Shown here piece by piece: positions 12,724 through 41,291 of a DNA stretch of 64,000 nucleotides (position 1 is the first letter of the stretch; every line of letters begins with the position of its first letter). The stretch comes from Amoebidium appalachense. Lineage: Eukaryota > Protista > Ichthyosporea. Under the pieces are notes generated by a model. It had not been told where the DNA came from, made no database searches, and saw only the letters and a program-made list of their open reading frames with translations. A program made the translations under genes and the position numbers. The stretch covers positions 2,496,907 to 2,560,906 of the forward strand of contig CAVNZM010000001.1 in NCBI GenBank assembly GCA_963693365.1. Reading direction: 5' to 3'.

Positions 12724-13488
12724 AAAAAAAGAAAAAGAAAAGAAAAGAAAGAAAGAAAGAAAGAGAAGAAAAGAAAAAAGCAACTTCCACCACCAACAAA
12801 AAAAAAACCACCACGACCACGACATCCTTCTTTCCTGCAAACTGCAACACCCCTCCAACGTGTACATGGGGCAAGTACAAATCTACCATTGGCAACCTAA
12901 GGCCTACACGTTGATCAGGCTCGTGCTTTCAGTTAGCCCACGTGGTGCTAAATGGTACACATTCAGGCCCTGGGGCCTCCTGGGCCGCATAAGCTCCTGC
13001 CCACAAAATTATTGTACCCACACATCACACAATCTCCCCCCCTCCCCCAACCACGACCACCACCACCCCGGATCCGGCGGTGAATGGGTCGTACTGCGGA
13101 TGACTGGGCCTGTGTTCATTTTTTCCAGCTTCAAGGCCCCACATTCTACGGTATCTTTTTACAGTGAATATTGGGCAAAACGGTAGGCGCTAAGGGAGCA
13201 CCGTCATTATGGTGTGCACATATTAAGGCTAATATTATAATACGAACAAAACACACTTCTGCTATATTCCCCCCCAGTTTGAATACAGGAAATGTGAAAC
13301 CTGCTCTAGAGTGCTTATAAAAGCACCTTGCATTCGAAAAAACTGTCCGGGTACAACATGTACTCTGCGCGTGTTGCTGTGAAAATTTGTGGCACAAACA
13401 ATGTTCAAGTTGTAGGCAAAAAGACAATGTAACCTATGATAATAAAGCTGCTGCAAACGGCTAACAATATTGCTCCAAACATGTCCTT

Positions 13489-22798
<9,310 letters not shown>

Positions 22799-23920
22799 TT
22801 CTTTAAGCTACTGCCTTTTCAGTTGTTTTTGACTTGAACTAGAGGTTAGAGAACACAGACGTGCTCTGCTATGACACGGGGTTGAACAGTGTATGTGTGG
22901 GTTGGATAGCCGGGTGTCAACCCAGGTTCCCATGTGGAAGCTAAGTATGGGCCTTCTGCTGCGTAGTTAGACGCACGTGTCTATTTCGCGGTATATACAG
23001 GACACACTGTATGGCGTGTTTTTCCTCTTAGACTGGCGGAGCGAAAAGTTCGAGATGTTGGCTACTTAGCCTAGCGTGCTAACATTAGTTTGTCGTCAAT
23101 GAAGTTCTGCTATCAATTACGGCCTATCGTATGTATGGGTGACAGTCCACCTTTGTTTTTCTTCAAGGCTAGCTTTGTGGGTAAAGTCACATGTGCTAGC
23201 TTCGAATATCTTGCCTTCACATACATATATACATACACACGCTGTTTGTGTTGTAGCTGTTTTTTGCACTTCTTTCTTGTGCCAGTCTGATAATGTTCCT
23301 TTGTGGCTGAGCCTGTGTGTGTGTCGGGCTTCAGGGCCTACGGAATCTGTGTTCGAAATAATAAAGTTATTCAACCAATCGAAACGTTCTTGTGGTACAC
23401 AATGCGAAAGTTTATTGGTGCTTTGTTTTGATTGGTAAGCTCTTTTGCACCGGTTCAATTGCGCGCCATTTCTGGCTCAGAACGTTACCATATCGGGAAG
23501 GTAATCAGGTTGACCCGGGGCCGCCGCAGAGCGGCAGAGCGCTGGGCTTGGGCTAGCCCGGGGCCAGGGGCTCTGAAACCCTGTGAGGTTCACGTTTTGC
23601 GTTGAATAATGCGAGAAAAAATTGTGCAAGGTGCATAAAAAAAGCAGCGAGTAGCACAAATGTTTCTGTGTGCTATGTAATATTATTGCATGGTGTACTC
23701 CGGTGTACTTCCGGGCTACGCCACACAAAAACATACACACTCTCCGGCGGCTCGCGCACTGGCAAGCTGCAGCTCGCGATCACACTGGCTCCGAGCGCTC
23801 ATCTCAATGTAACTCGTGACAAAATACCTTTTTACATGGAATTGCGTTGAGACGAAGACCTGTTGAACCACTGAATCAGCAGTTTCTCCCTAAGCATTTT
23901 TCTGCTCTTACAAAACTCTT

Positions 23921-24099
23921 GTATTTCAGTGGCCTGGAACTGCCGAACGCGTGTAGGACGTACATGTTTGCGTGCACGTGTTCAAGATGGGGGTTTACGC
24001 TGTTTACTCGTATTTCAGTGGCCTGGAACTGCCGAACGCGTGTAGGACGTACATGTTTGCGTGCACGTGTTCAAGATGGGGGTTTACGCTGTTTACTCG
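23921..24099. repeat. Exact 89-bp tandem duplication in the divergent intergenic region
   Basis: GTATTTCAGTGGCCTGGAACTGCCGAACGCG...GGGGTTTACGCTGTTTACTC at 23921-24009 and 24010-24098. Confidence 0.95.
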
Positions 24100-24270
24100 A
24101 GGCAAAGAGAAACCAGTCTCAGGTATGGGGGGGTTTTTGCTCGGAATATCCCCTCAGCGGTATATCATGATCACGTACATAGATGTCGGGTGATGACTAT
24201 ATATCAGGTTTACTTTCTCTACGAGACACCATAAAGACTACAAAGAGAAATCAATTAGTTGGGGTTCCCC

Positions 24271-24309
<39 letters not shown>

Positions 24310-24340
24310 GGGCTCCCCTGGGACACTCGGTATCAGCTGG

Positions 24341-24443
<103 letters not shown>

Positions 24444-25029
24444 CGCGCGCGTGCGCTAGAATTTTGTAGTGATGTGTTTCTCAAGCCAATCAATACATCT
24501 AATAAACAGGTCGTAGTTACGCGTGTTCAGTATAAAATCAAGGATGTTGTAATTTACAGGTAGGCCAGCTATCTTTCTGGGTGTCTGTTGTGAATGTGAC
24601 GTGTGTGTGTTGCGGTATTATGTGGTCTATCAAACTACATTTGGCGATACATGACCGGTTAAACTGGTGTGTGTGTGTGTTGTTTGGGCATGCAAATGAT
24701 GCCACCTTATATCCACTGTATAGCACGTGTACAGTAAAAGCGTGTTCAAGATGGCAGTGTTGGGACTCGGGAGCCTGAGGAAGCAACCGATTGGTGGATC
24801 TGTACATATTGCTGTTACGTAATGCTGAGGTGCCTGGCTGGAACTAAAACTTTGAACTTCGTTTGTGTTCCGTCAGTTTTTCGAGTAGCCGGTAATTGTA
24901 GTTTGAATGGTCTCAATCTCGAGTGCTGAGTGAAAATGAGCAGCCACACATATCTTCCTCTTGCCGGTAAGCAGCATAGAATTTGGCACGACCTACGTTT
25001 GGCAGCGCCTGCCTGCCGAGATTAGGAAG

Positions 25030-29764
<4,735 letters not shown>

Positions 29765-30366
29765 GCGCACTGTGGCCAAACCCTCCATGTAGGACTCACG
29801 CTTGTGTATTTGCTGGTGGGTGGTGAGAGTGGTGGCGGTGGTGGTGGGGAGGGGACGGGGGGAGGCACCCAGGGGGGGGGGGGGGGGGGGCATGTCATGA
29901 AATAGTTGCTGGCGTTTTGTATGACTTTGGCCCACTATGCCCTGGGCCATCATGAACATATGTATGAAGGTATGGTACTTGCTCACGAGACATGGTTTTA
30001 AAGGTAAAACAGTGTCAACATATAGTATTAGCGTGAACAGACGGGGGGGGGAATCCCCGTCTAAGGAATATTTCGGCTGCAGCTGGAATACCTTTGACCA
30101 GTGCGTACTTGCGTTTAGTTCGGCCGGTTTCCACTTGATTTCCCATTTCCTTAGAGCCAATAATATTACTTGAGCACAGCCTTGATTGAAAAGTGGGATT
30201 TGAAGTGGGAACAAAACAAACTGAACTAAACAGTATTAGATACTGTTGCATGACATGGATGTGGTGTAAATGATACTCCATTACACTGGGACCGGAAAAT
30301 GACAGACATGCACACACACATACGTAAGTAAGCACACACACACGTCGTCACACACGCACACCCACA

Positions 30367-30451
<85 letters not shown>

Positions 30452-30504
30452 CACCCACACAGACACACAAATACAGTCACACGTCACACACACATTCCGA
30501 AGGC

Positions 30505-31360
<856 letters not shown>

Positions 31361-31517
31361 TCTGCCCGGTCCGTTCCATATCTCTTTCCACAACCGCGAT
31401 TGAGCACCGGCAGTGCGTGTGTGTATATGTTTGTGTGTGTGTGGCTGGTGGGAGTGGTGATGTTGGTGCCACCGTGTCGTTTGTCACGGTGCATGGCCAA
31501 GTGCGTGTGGGTGGCCT

Positions 31518-31563
<46 letters not shown>

Positions 31564-34268
31564 GGGGGGGGATTTTTCGGAAATCTCAGATTTCCAAGAG
31601 ATTTGATTGTCACTAGCTTTACATCAGTCATTTCTATGACAACACAGTGCACACTGCATTCCGGAAAAGCGGGAAATCCTGCAAAGCGTTCGTGTTGCAC
31701 ATTAGATGACGTCCTGGAGGCCACATGACCTTCTTGTGGCTTTGTGGCTTGGCCAAACACTTCAGTGGCTTTTGAAGCATCGCAAAGCCACAGTGGCTTT
31801 GCAGCTGTACCACGGCCCTCTGGTCGTGGCTGTACCCACCACGTAGTAGTACATACGGTGACAAGCTCAGAGAGCAACCCATGGCACACGCGCACGATGG
31901 ATGGTTCCAAAACACATATCATGTCACTCAACATACAGAACTGGAAGGGTTGAGTGGCTCAAAAGTTGGGCAGTGGCTTTTCCCACGCTTGCACCATTCA
32001 AATACTACTGAACGGCAGCCGTGGTTAGATCCTGCGTATGTACGGCACACACATGCACACGTCTGCGTCGTAATCATATTCTACTGCGGCCTACATACAT
32101 GTATCATGACAACAGTCAACTGTGCAAAGTGTGCATGCATGCGCATGTGCGCACACCATATATATGCATGGACGCGATCGACGCATGTACAATGGCGAGG
32201 GTAGAAGACATCATGACCCCCTTTGCACACCACGGCATGCACACACGTACTGCTCCAGTGCTCAACACATGGCTTACGTACAGAGTCGACAAGTGCCACG
32301 GAGTGCGTGCACGGAGGCGTTTGTTTGCAGCGGTTCGTAAGAATCAAACTGTACACAAACACATTATGTTCGTGCTGCCCAGTCGCATATGTGCCAAACT
32401 GCGCCCAGGCTGATCCGACTTGGACGCACTGGGACGCTGGGAATTACGTTAGTGACCAGTGCAGAACAAATAATCATAATCATAAACAAAATTAGAAGTA
32501 GTAGTAGTAGTAGTGGTAATAATAATAATAATAATAACAAATTTTTTATATATAATAATATTAATAAACAACAAAAGTCAACGACCTGACATATACGACC
32601 GTCAACAGTGGCTCTGTCAAGTGTCAACAGTGCGCTTGATTGGTCAGATCTATTCAGTTTATCTGCCAATCGCAACATTGCCTTTAAAAGATCCTGCATA
32701 TTTCAGCATTTTTCGACCACAGTGCCACAAGTACTGTATTACACCTGCAGGGCTGCGGCCAGAGCCACCCGGCCCGGTGCGCGCGAAATTTTGCCATAAA
32801 CGAAGCATAATAAGCACAAGAATCAATAAGCTGTTTGTTGACCAAAATGGAAAAAAAAAATAATGCAATTCCACATACATAGTGGGTTTAAACAAAACGT
32901 TGTACGTAAATATAGCCAGCTGTGGCCTCTGAAAGGATCTATTCGTAGATGGATGGTTTGTATTTCTTCTTGTGACCGGCGAATTGATGGCCAATCGTTG
33001 TACCGGTTCCACTGGTGATGCACAAAGGTATGCAAAAGGAATGCATCCAAGCTCAGACTTTAGGAGCCAGTGTCTTTGTTTCTCTAATCTATACTGTATC
33101 TACAAAAGCGACGAAAATGAGAGCTTGAAATGAAAAAATCCTTGCAGAAAGCCCATTTCAACGTCAAACGCACTACATCTACGGGGGTATAACCGCAGGT
33201 TCGTGATCTTCTTGCTGTGAGTCCGACGCGGTGCCACGATGCCCGCCGCGGCCGGTGCCACAGGGCCTTACTAGCTGGAACCGGCAGCATGTATTCCCGG
33301 GAAGCAGGGCTACGGTGGGTCGTACTAGAGTTCAATAGGGGTCTGAAAGAAAACAATTGGGGGTGATGTTTAGTGCAGAACCATACGACGTGGAGGAGGA
33401 TGGCTGGGCTGTAACCGCGAGCAGGCAGTTAGGCTTGCCATTGCCACTGTAACCATGTGGTCACCGGCCGGCCAGTGCTCGGATGCTCGGCCCGGGGCAA
33501 CCATAAGCCCTTCTGAAATATTTACAAGCTAATGTTGGGTTCTATTGTTGACGTAATTTCTAGAGCCTCGTTCAAAATATATCATTTGGATGATCAGAAT
33601 CCAGGCAGATTCACCACAACTTTAACTTCCTGAGGCAACATAATTTATTCAGCAGTCTGATTGTACCTTTATAAAATTAATGAAGTGAAGGAATTAACAT
33701 ATCAAAATCCACTTCAACATACATATCCCCCTCCCGCCCCGCGGCCGGCCCCCCTGACCATCGATATCATGATGCATGGGCATCGATATCGATATCCCCT
33801 CTCCGAGTCCTCCCTTCCGAAGTACATATCCACTTTCATATATACTGACTAAACCATAATATACCCTTCCAAATGGTAATAATGTATGTTAGGTAACTGT
33901 ACTGAAGTCTGCATTCGGAGGCCGTTCTGACTCCTGAGTGAGAATCGACTCCAAGAGCAGTGAGCAGAATTCAATATTGTGTGAATAAAGTCATTATAAT
34001 TTTTTTTTCATTGTAGCCCCCACTAAATTTACCTGCTCCAACTTCCATATACAGATTTCTACAGATACCTATAGCCAATAGGAATCTGAAATGGCAACTA
34101 TTGGCCAATTTTCGCCGAGCCACATTCCAGCAGCAAATATATAAAGCGAGCTGCTTGCTCAGTGTTTTCGCTTCAAAACTGGCAGGGGCGTCACTGCTAA
34201 CATTGAGCGTGTCAAAACCATCTACATCACCTACCACCCGCCAAATCAGCAGCGACAAACAGGCAACC

Positions 34269-35722
34269 ATGCCGGCCCCATCTTCGCACACGGCCGAGGA
34301 ATCGGCAGCCCAGGCCGAGGCTTTCCGCAAGTTCAAGGCTGAGCATCCTGAGTGGTACTATCCGGAGTCCGACCAGCTGACGCTCTCAGAGTAAGTTTGG
34401 TTTTTCCGAGTGTTCTTTCAGTTACTGTACAGTTCATGTGTATTGCTCGTAGGAGAGATAGGGTGAAGGGTCGAGTAAGAATTTGCGTGCCTTCTGCACT
34501 CGCTCTGGTTCTATAATTAAAATGTAGCTCATCTAAATCGCACACTTCTTTGGAGAGAAGTGTGCTCGTTACTTTTCCCCGTTTTTTAGAGTACTCGGTT
34601 TCGAACCATGAATTAGAAATGATTTGTAATCGATACAGAGCCTGTCACCTTAAATCTTGCTAGCTAGTACACACTCACAATATCTACTTACAAACGCAAC
34701 ACACTAACTCCCCCTTGCAGGCGCCTCGTCCGCCCCTACCACCTGACGCGGTTCTACCTTAAACGTGTCAACGAGCAGTTCGGATGGCGCTTCCTCGTTC
34801 TCCTCACCAGCGCCTATTTTGGTGTCAAGGGTTTCCTCTACCAGCTGCTTATGGCCGGCCAGCTTCCATACTTTGTGATGTTTATGCAGGTGTCTGGCGC
34901 AGAGTATCAGATCTTTGGCACCGTAGCCACCACCCCCTACTCCATGAAGGCGCTGATTGGCATGATTTCTGACTGCTTCCCCATCCGTGGCTTCTTCAAG
35001 AAGTATTACCTCGGCGCCCTCGGCGTGTTCGGTGGCATCTGCTTTATGATTCTCGGCTGTGAGTTCCTCCCTCCCCCAACCCCCTCTCCCCCCCCCATTC
35101 TCCCCTCCTCTATCTCTTCCCTTACAACACTCTGCACGGCGACTCCACCCTGGCCCACTTCTGCGGATTTGGCAAAACGCAAAAAAGAATTCACTCAAAC
35201 CAATTGTGGAAATCGAGTGTGTCAAACATTGCCGAGCGCAGAGATCACCACTAGATCACCAGGCTGTGCTGTCAGGCGAAAGGGAAACATTGGGGATAAG
35301 GCAGAGAGAGACGCTGAAAGGGAACGATAGATATATGGGTGCAGTAACAAAGCAGTTGGGTGGACGACGTACTTTCCACGTGCGTGTAGAAAGAGAGATG
35401 GAAGCAGAAGCGGAGACAAAAAAAAGAAAGAAGAAAAGAAAAGAAAGAAAGAAAGAAAAATCGAACTTATGGGTGCGGTAACAAAGCAGTTGGGTGGACG
35501 ACGTACTTTCCACGTGCGTGTAAAAAGAGAGATGGAAGCAGAAGCGGAGAAAAAAGAAAGAAAGAAAAGAAAAGAAAGAAAGAAAAATCGAACTTAACTA
35601 TGATGCAAGGTCCGCGCGTTCGGCCACACACTCGCATCTTTTTTGTGTGTGTGCTTCACGGTGAATCGATGGCCGTCTTTTCTTTTCTTTCTTTCTTTCT
35701 TTCTTTCTTTCTTTTTTTTTTT

Positions 35723-35763
<41 letters not shown>

Positions 35764-36148
35764 GCCACTGTTTTCTTACGGCCCTTGCAGTAACATCACT
35801 CTCACATGTCCCTTCCCTTCCCCCTTCTTTCCCAATACAGTTGTTGAATTTCCTAAGGAGCTAGCCATGGTGGCCGCTATCATGTTCTTCCTCGGCCACT
35901 TTGAAGTTGCCGCTGTGGATCTTCTTGTAGAGGGCAGATATGCAGAGCTGATGGTGAAAAACCCCGAAACCTCGTCGGATATCGTCACGTGGGTGTGGGC
36001 CAGTTACTTTGTTGGTGGCCTGATTGCTACGTGGGTGGTGGGTCCTCTGGGTGATCACTACGAGGCTACCGGAAACCCGTGGTTCCTCAAGGGCATGTTC
36101 TTGGCTTCGGCACCCCTTGCATGTACGTGTGGTTTTTGAGAAATCACC

Positions 36149-36186
<38 letters not shown>

Positions 36187-36423
36187 GGCCTTTCCCCCCT
36201 TTCCTACCACTTGTACGTGTGGTTTTTGAGACCCTAGGCCTCCCCCCTCCTCCCCCTCTCTTCCACCCCCTCCCCCCGTCCCTTCCTCCCTTTCCTACCA
36301 CAACAGGAAACCGTGTCGACGAAAAAAGATGGGGGGGGGGGGGGGGGAAAGGAAGAACTTTGAAACAAAAAGGATTTTATCCGGTTGCCAACTGTTGCAG
36401 GCGCAAACATCTTTTCATTTCTA

Positions 36424-36454
<31 letters not shown>

Positions 36455-36953
36455 TTCCCCCCCCCCTTTCTCCCTGCACCCCAAACCAACCAACCCCATC
36501 GCTCCCCATCGCCCCCCCCTCCCCTATCCCCACCCACCCACCCACCCACACTCACCCTTTCTTTTCACATTGCAGCGCAAATTGCCATCCCCGTGCTCCT
36601 CAACTACCTTGGGGAGGTGCCTCTCCCTCGTGCCCAGTGGGGCTTCCAGGCAGCCAAGTGGCGGCGGCACCGCAAGATCTTCCTTCTGGCCATCCTGATG
36701 GGTGTGGGGGCCGTAGGCCTGGCCGTGATCAGTCTCATCAACACAAAGTTCATCTCAAAGAGCCTCCCTCCCGGCCTCAAGTACCTGCCTGGTGCGTAAC
36801 TCTGCTTTGCACAATCGGAAGTCACTACCTTTTGCATGACTTCTTTGTTTCTGGTGTGCGACTTTTGCTGTTTTGTTGGTTCTAATGTCCCCCCCCCCCC
36901 GGCCCCCCCGTGTTTCTGTTGCGTGAAAGTTTGCTGTTCTTTTGGTTCTAATC

Positions 36954-36984
<31 letters not shown>

Positions 36985-37957
36985 ATCCCCCCCATCCCCC
37001 TCCCCCCGTTTTCTTGAAGGGATTAGTGCAAGAGCGCGCATATGCGCCGAAGCTCAACACCCCTGCACTCCCCATCCCCCCCCCCCCCCCCCCCCCCCCC
37101 TCCCCCTCCTCCTAGCCAAACTCCCCCCCCCCCCCCCCCCCCCCCCCGTCCCTCCCCCCGCCCCTTTCATCCCCTGCCCTTCCCTATCCAATACACAAAA
37201 CACACGCACATACCCTGGGCCTAAGACATGAAGGTGATATGCACCAGATCATGTGCTCGAGAACAGATTCTCAACCAATTAACTCCCCCCCCCCCCCCCC
37301 CCCCTCCCCCCCCCCCCAAAAATAATATTTAAAAAAAAAAACAAAAAAACACAGTTGCCATCTACTCTGTAGTGCTGTCCGGCAGCTTGGTGACCGCGTC
37401 CTTCTTTGTGCTGCCCAGAGGCACAGCCAAGGCCCTCACCTACATGTTCGTCACCCACGCCCTCTACATCGGCCTCTCGGGCCCCCTCGATATCTTCTAC
37501 ACCGCCGGCCCGAAGTGCGTGCCCGATGGGCCCCATTTCTCTCAGAGCTTCTACATCACATGGAGTGGAACACTGTCTTCCATCACCGGGTTTGTCGGTG
37601 TTATTCTCTTCCAGGCAATTATGTCGGAGTGGGAGTTCCGCCCGTGCTTCTGGGTAACTGTGGTACTTCAGATTATTGCCGGAACGGTTGACATTGTGCT
37701 GATCAAGAGATGGAATGTGCAGATCGGCCTGCCCGACACCGTGCTCTACATGGTTGGCTTCAACATCATCTACCAGATCGTTTACATGGTGTGTAACTCT
37801 TCCTTCTCCCCCCCCCCCCCCCCCCCCCCCACCCACCCCCCCACCCCCCCCCCCCCCTCCCCTCCCCCTGACCACCACCACAAAAACAAAAAACAAAAAG
37901 GCTTGCCTCCTCTATTCGCCCTACAGACATGAATGTAGTTTGTACCCTATAAAACAA

Positions 37958-37992
<35 letters not shown>

Positions 37993-38214
37993 TTTCCCCC
38001 CCCTCTCCTTACCCTACCCACATGATAATCTTTGCAAATTGTTTGCCTTTCTTATGACACCTCCTTGCCACATTTTATCGTACTCAAAGTTTGCTCCCCT
38101 CAACAGATGAACTTCATGCCGGGTGTTGTGCTGATTTCCAAGCTGTGCCCCAAGGGTATGGAGTCAACTCTCTACGCTCTCCTGGCTGGCTTCTCAAATT
38201 TCGGAAACGTATGG

Positions 38215-38247
<33 letters not shown>

Positions 38248-38450
38248 AACTTGTCACCTCCCCGGGCGCACTACCCACCCCTTGCCACACCAAAACAGAA
38301 CTAACAAAATGATCGGGTGAAACGAATACATACTGTTGCAGCGCGCACATCCCATCTTTAGATTCACCGGACGAAAAATTGCAGCGAGACGCGTAGTCCC
38401 CCCCCCCCCCCCCCCCCCCCCATCATAGCAGTTCCATGTGCGTATTCTCC

Positions 38451-38489
<39 letters not shown>

Positions 38490-38935
38490 ACCCCCCTCTC
38501 CCCCCGCTCCTTTCGCCCTGCCTGCCCACTTTGTTTTAGAATTTTCAACCCCGACATTTCAACACACATTATCACAACCATCTGACCATACATAATTCCT
38601 GTACGGTTCCCGAACTTACGGCAAATAACTCCCCCCAGAACATTGCGCGATCGATTGGTGTGTTCATGATCCAAGGGTTTGGGGTGAGCATGGTGGATGC
38701 TGGCCCCTGCGACTACAGCAACCTGCACTGGCTGGTGCTTGTGGGCCACATTGTCCTGCCCATTCTCTCCATCCCGGCAACATTCCTCCTCCTCCCCAAG
38801 GTATTATCCCCCCCTCTCCCCCCCCCCCCAAAAAAAAAAAAAAAAAAAAAAAAAACACCCCACACCACCACCGCCACCTGTGCTCTCTCTCGTTTTTACA
38901 TGCCAACTCTACCTGCAGTTGTCCCCTCAGCTGTT

Positions 38936-38980
<45 letters not shown>

Positions 38981-39192
38981 AAAAAAAAAAAAAAGGGAAA
39001 TGCAAGGGAACTTCATCATTCAGAGTGCTAACATGATATCCACCCACCCAGGCCCGTCTCACTGCGCCCATGTTCCACGATGAGTTCCATGCGCACTTTG
39101 GCAGCGATGACCTGGACACTGAGATGCCAGACAACCACGTGGCTGAGGTCCAGGGCACTAAGGGGGACGGCAGCAAGAAGGAGCTCGCATGA
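34269..39192 (+). CDS. Folate-biopterin transporter (BT1/FBT family, MFS)
   Basis: Exons 34269-34390, 34721-35058, 35841-36122, 36576-36791, 37355-37788, 38107-38208, 38639-38800, 39052-39192, all GT-AG and in frame. Motifs PYSMKALIGMISDCFPIRGFFKKYY, DLLVEGRYAE, CVPDGPHFS..FY, KRWNVQIGLPD, MPGVVLISKLCPKGMESTLYALLAGFSNFG; many TM segments. Confidence 0.95.
35336..35598. repeat. ~133-bp imperfect tandem duplication within FBT intron 2
   Basis: ATGGGTGCrGTAACAAAGCAGTTGGGTGGACGACGTACTTTCCACGTGCGTGTA...GAAAAATCGAACTT occurs twice. Confidence 0.9.
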
Positions 39193-39840
39193 TTGGCTGG
39201 TTAAAAATTTAAATTTAGAAGTTAGATCGATGAAAGCACGCAAGGCACGTGTATGAAGGATGTATATACCTGTACTGGTTGCGCCTTTTACAAAAGCCTT
39301 GTATATAGGCTGTATTGATACTGTTATTTTTGCATATTATGTCCCTCCCATCATGTAGACAAACCATCCAATCAAGCAGCAATCTTCCATCTTTTTAGTT
39401 CTTGGGCCACAACACATATACACATGATTATAGCTTTTGACACAACCATATACATGTACTATACCTTTTTCTGACGCGAGGTTTGTATGCTGTGAAGACT
39501 TGCACAGTACATAAGCAGTTCGGGCAGGCCCGGTGCTGAGAGTGGGGAATTCGAATAAAGAGCCGACACCTGATGTGACTTGTATATTTCTGCAACTAGG
39601 GCCGTTGCCCTTGAGTAAGGATGCGAACCTGTAGAGAGCTTGGGAAAAGGAAAATGGGGCCTGTTACTGGTATAGGTGGGGAAGTGGCAGTGGCTGTGGT
39701 GGTTGCGTGTGTGTACACGTAGCAGACCTAGGCCCTCGCTGCACAGCAACGGTCTTTTGTGTTTCTAAATATGGCAACATCTTCGTGCGTGTGTGTGCGT
39801 GTGTGTGTGTGTGTGTGTGTACGTGTGTAACATTGTGAGT

Positions 39841-39877
<37 letters not shown>

Positions 39878-40000
39878 TGTGTGCATGCATGTGCGCGTGT
39901 GCGCATGCGTGTGCGTGTGCGTATGTGTGTCAGTGCTTGCATGCGCGATGGTGTGAGTGCGAGTGTGTATTTCGCGTGTGCGTGCGTATGTGTTCGTGCT

Positions 40001-40078
<78 letters not shown>

Positions 40079-41291
40079 GTTGAGCCACTATGCACGGCGG
40101 TGTAAAAGCTGGGGAGAAGTGGGATGCGTTAGGAGGTATGTGATCACTGCTGCCGATATACACAACTGGTGGGGCACGGATGAAATAAATGCTCAATTAT
40201 GACGGGGATGCCATTGTAGGAATAGAGGAACAGGAAAGCGACTGTTGTATTTGCAGTTGGTAGGCAGTCTTTTTTTTTTTTTTTTTCGAGGGGGAGGGGG
40301 GGGGGGGGGGGGCAAACACATGCCCTCAGACCCGGGGAGGGGAGGGGAGGGGGACAACGTTTCACATGCCACCAGCTAGAGCTTGGAGAGGAGGAGGAGA
40401 GGAGGAGGGGGGGGGGGGGGGGAGGGGGGGGGGGGGGAGGGGGGAGGGACACATGGTCCCAGAGCTGAGGGGGTTCGGAGGCAGAACCTGCAGGTGAATA
40501 TTAATATTATCGAGCTGTCTCACATGCATCCATCCGAATGTTTGTAGTGGTTGTGGTTATTTGACGGCACCAGGTTAATAGTAATAGACATGTGACACAA
40601 ACGCACCATATTCGGCAGATCCAATTGCATTCATACATTCTTTTGGCAACATACCTCTGTACAAGTGTTGTGCATGTGATGGAACGGATACGAACGAAAC
40701 AACCCAGGCGTGTACGTGTTCTATTGTGTGTAGGTCAAGAGGCTGGTAAGGGTGTGAGGGACGTGTGCCGTGCACAAGCACATGTGTGTGTGTGTGTGTG
40801 TGCGTGTACGTGTACGTGTACGTGTGTGTGTGTCTGTGTGTGTGTGCATGTACGTGTGTGTGTGTGTGTGTGTGTGCGTGTACGTGTACGTGTGTGTGTG
40901 TGCGTGCGTGCGCGTGACGAACCTGCGTGTATGCACGCGGTTGTGTGTATACACACACATGTGGGTGTGCCTGCATGCATGTTGTGCAGGTAGACATACG
41001 ATGTATAGACCGTTGTTCGCATGCACAGTTTAAAACACGCCAGAGAACATCGTTCATCAAACACTCATCGATGAATAAAAACTAAGATCAAACAGCCTTC
41101 GTTCAAACTAGTCCTTCATCATTCATACAACAGCTGCATTTTGAAGTCTCCAAGTTGAGGATTGCACTCAGACACATTACTGGCACTGATTAGCAGTACA
41201 ACAAAAGAGCAAAAAAAATAAAAATAAAAAGGTGTGCGTTTGTGCCCTTGTCTTGTCCATTGCAGGAAACAAACCCCCAACAACCACTATT

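Noticed and set aside
39400-40500. Additional gene between FBT and SMYD
   Set aside because: No coherent exon chain; compatible with 3' UTR or intergenic DNA.
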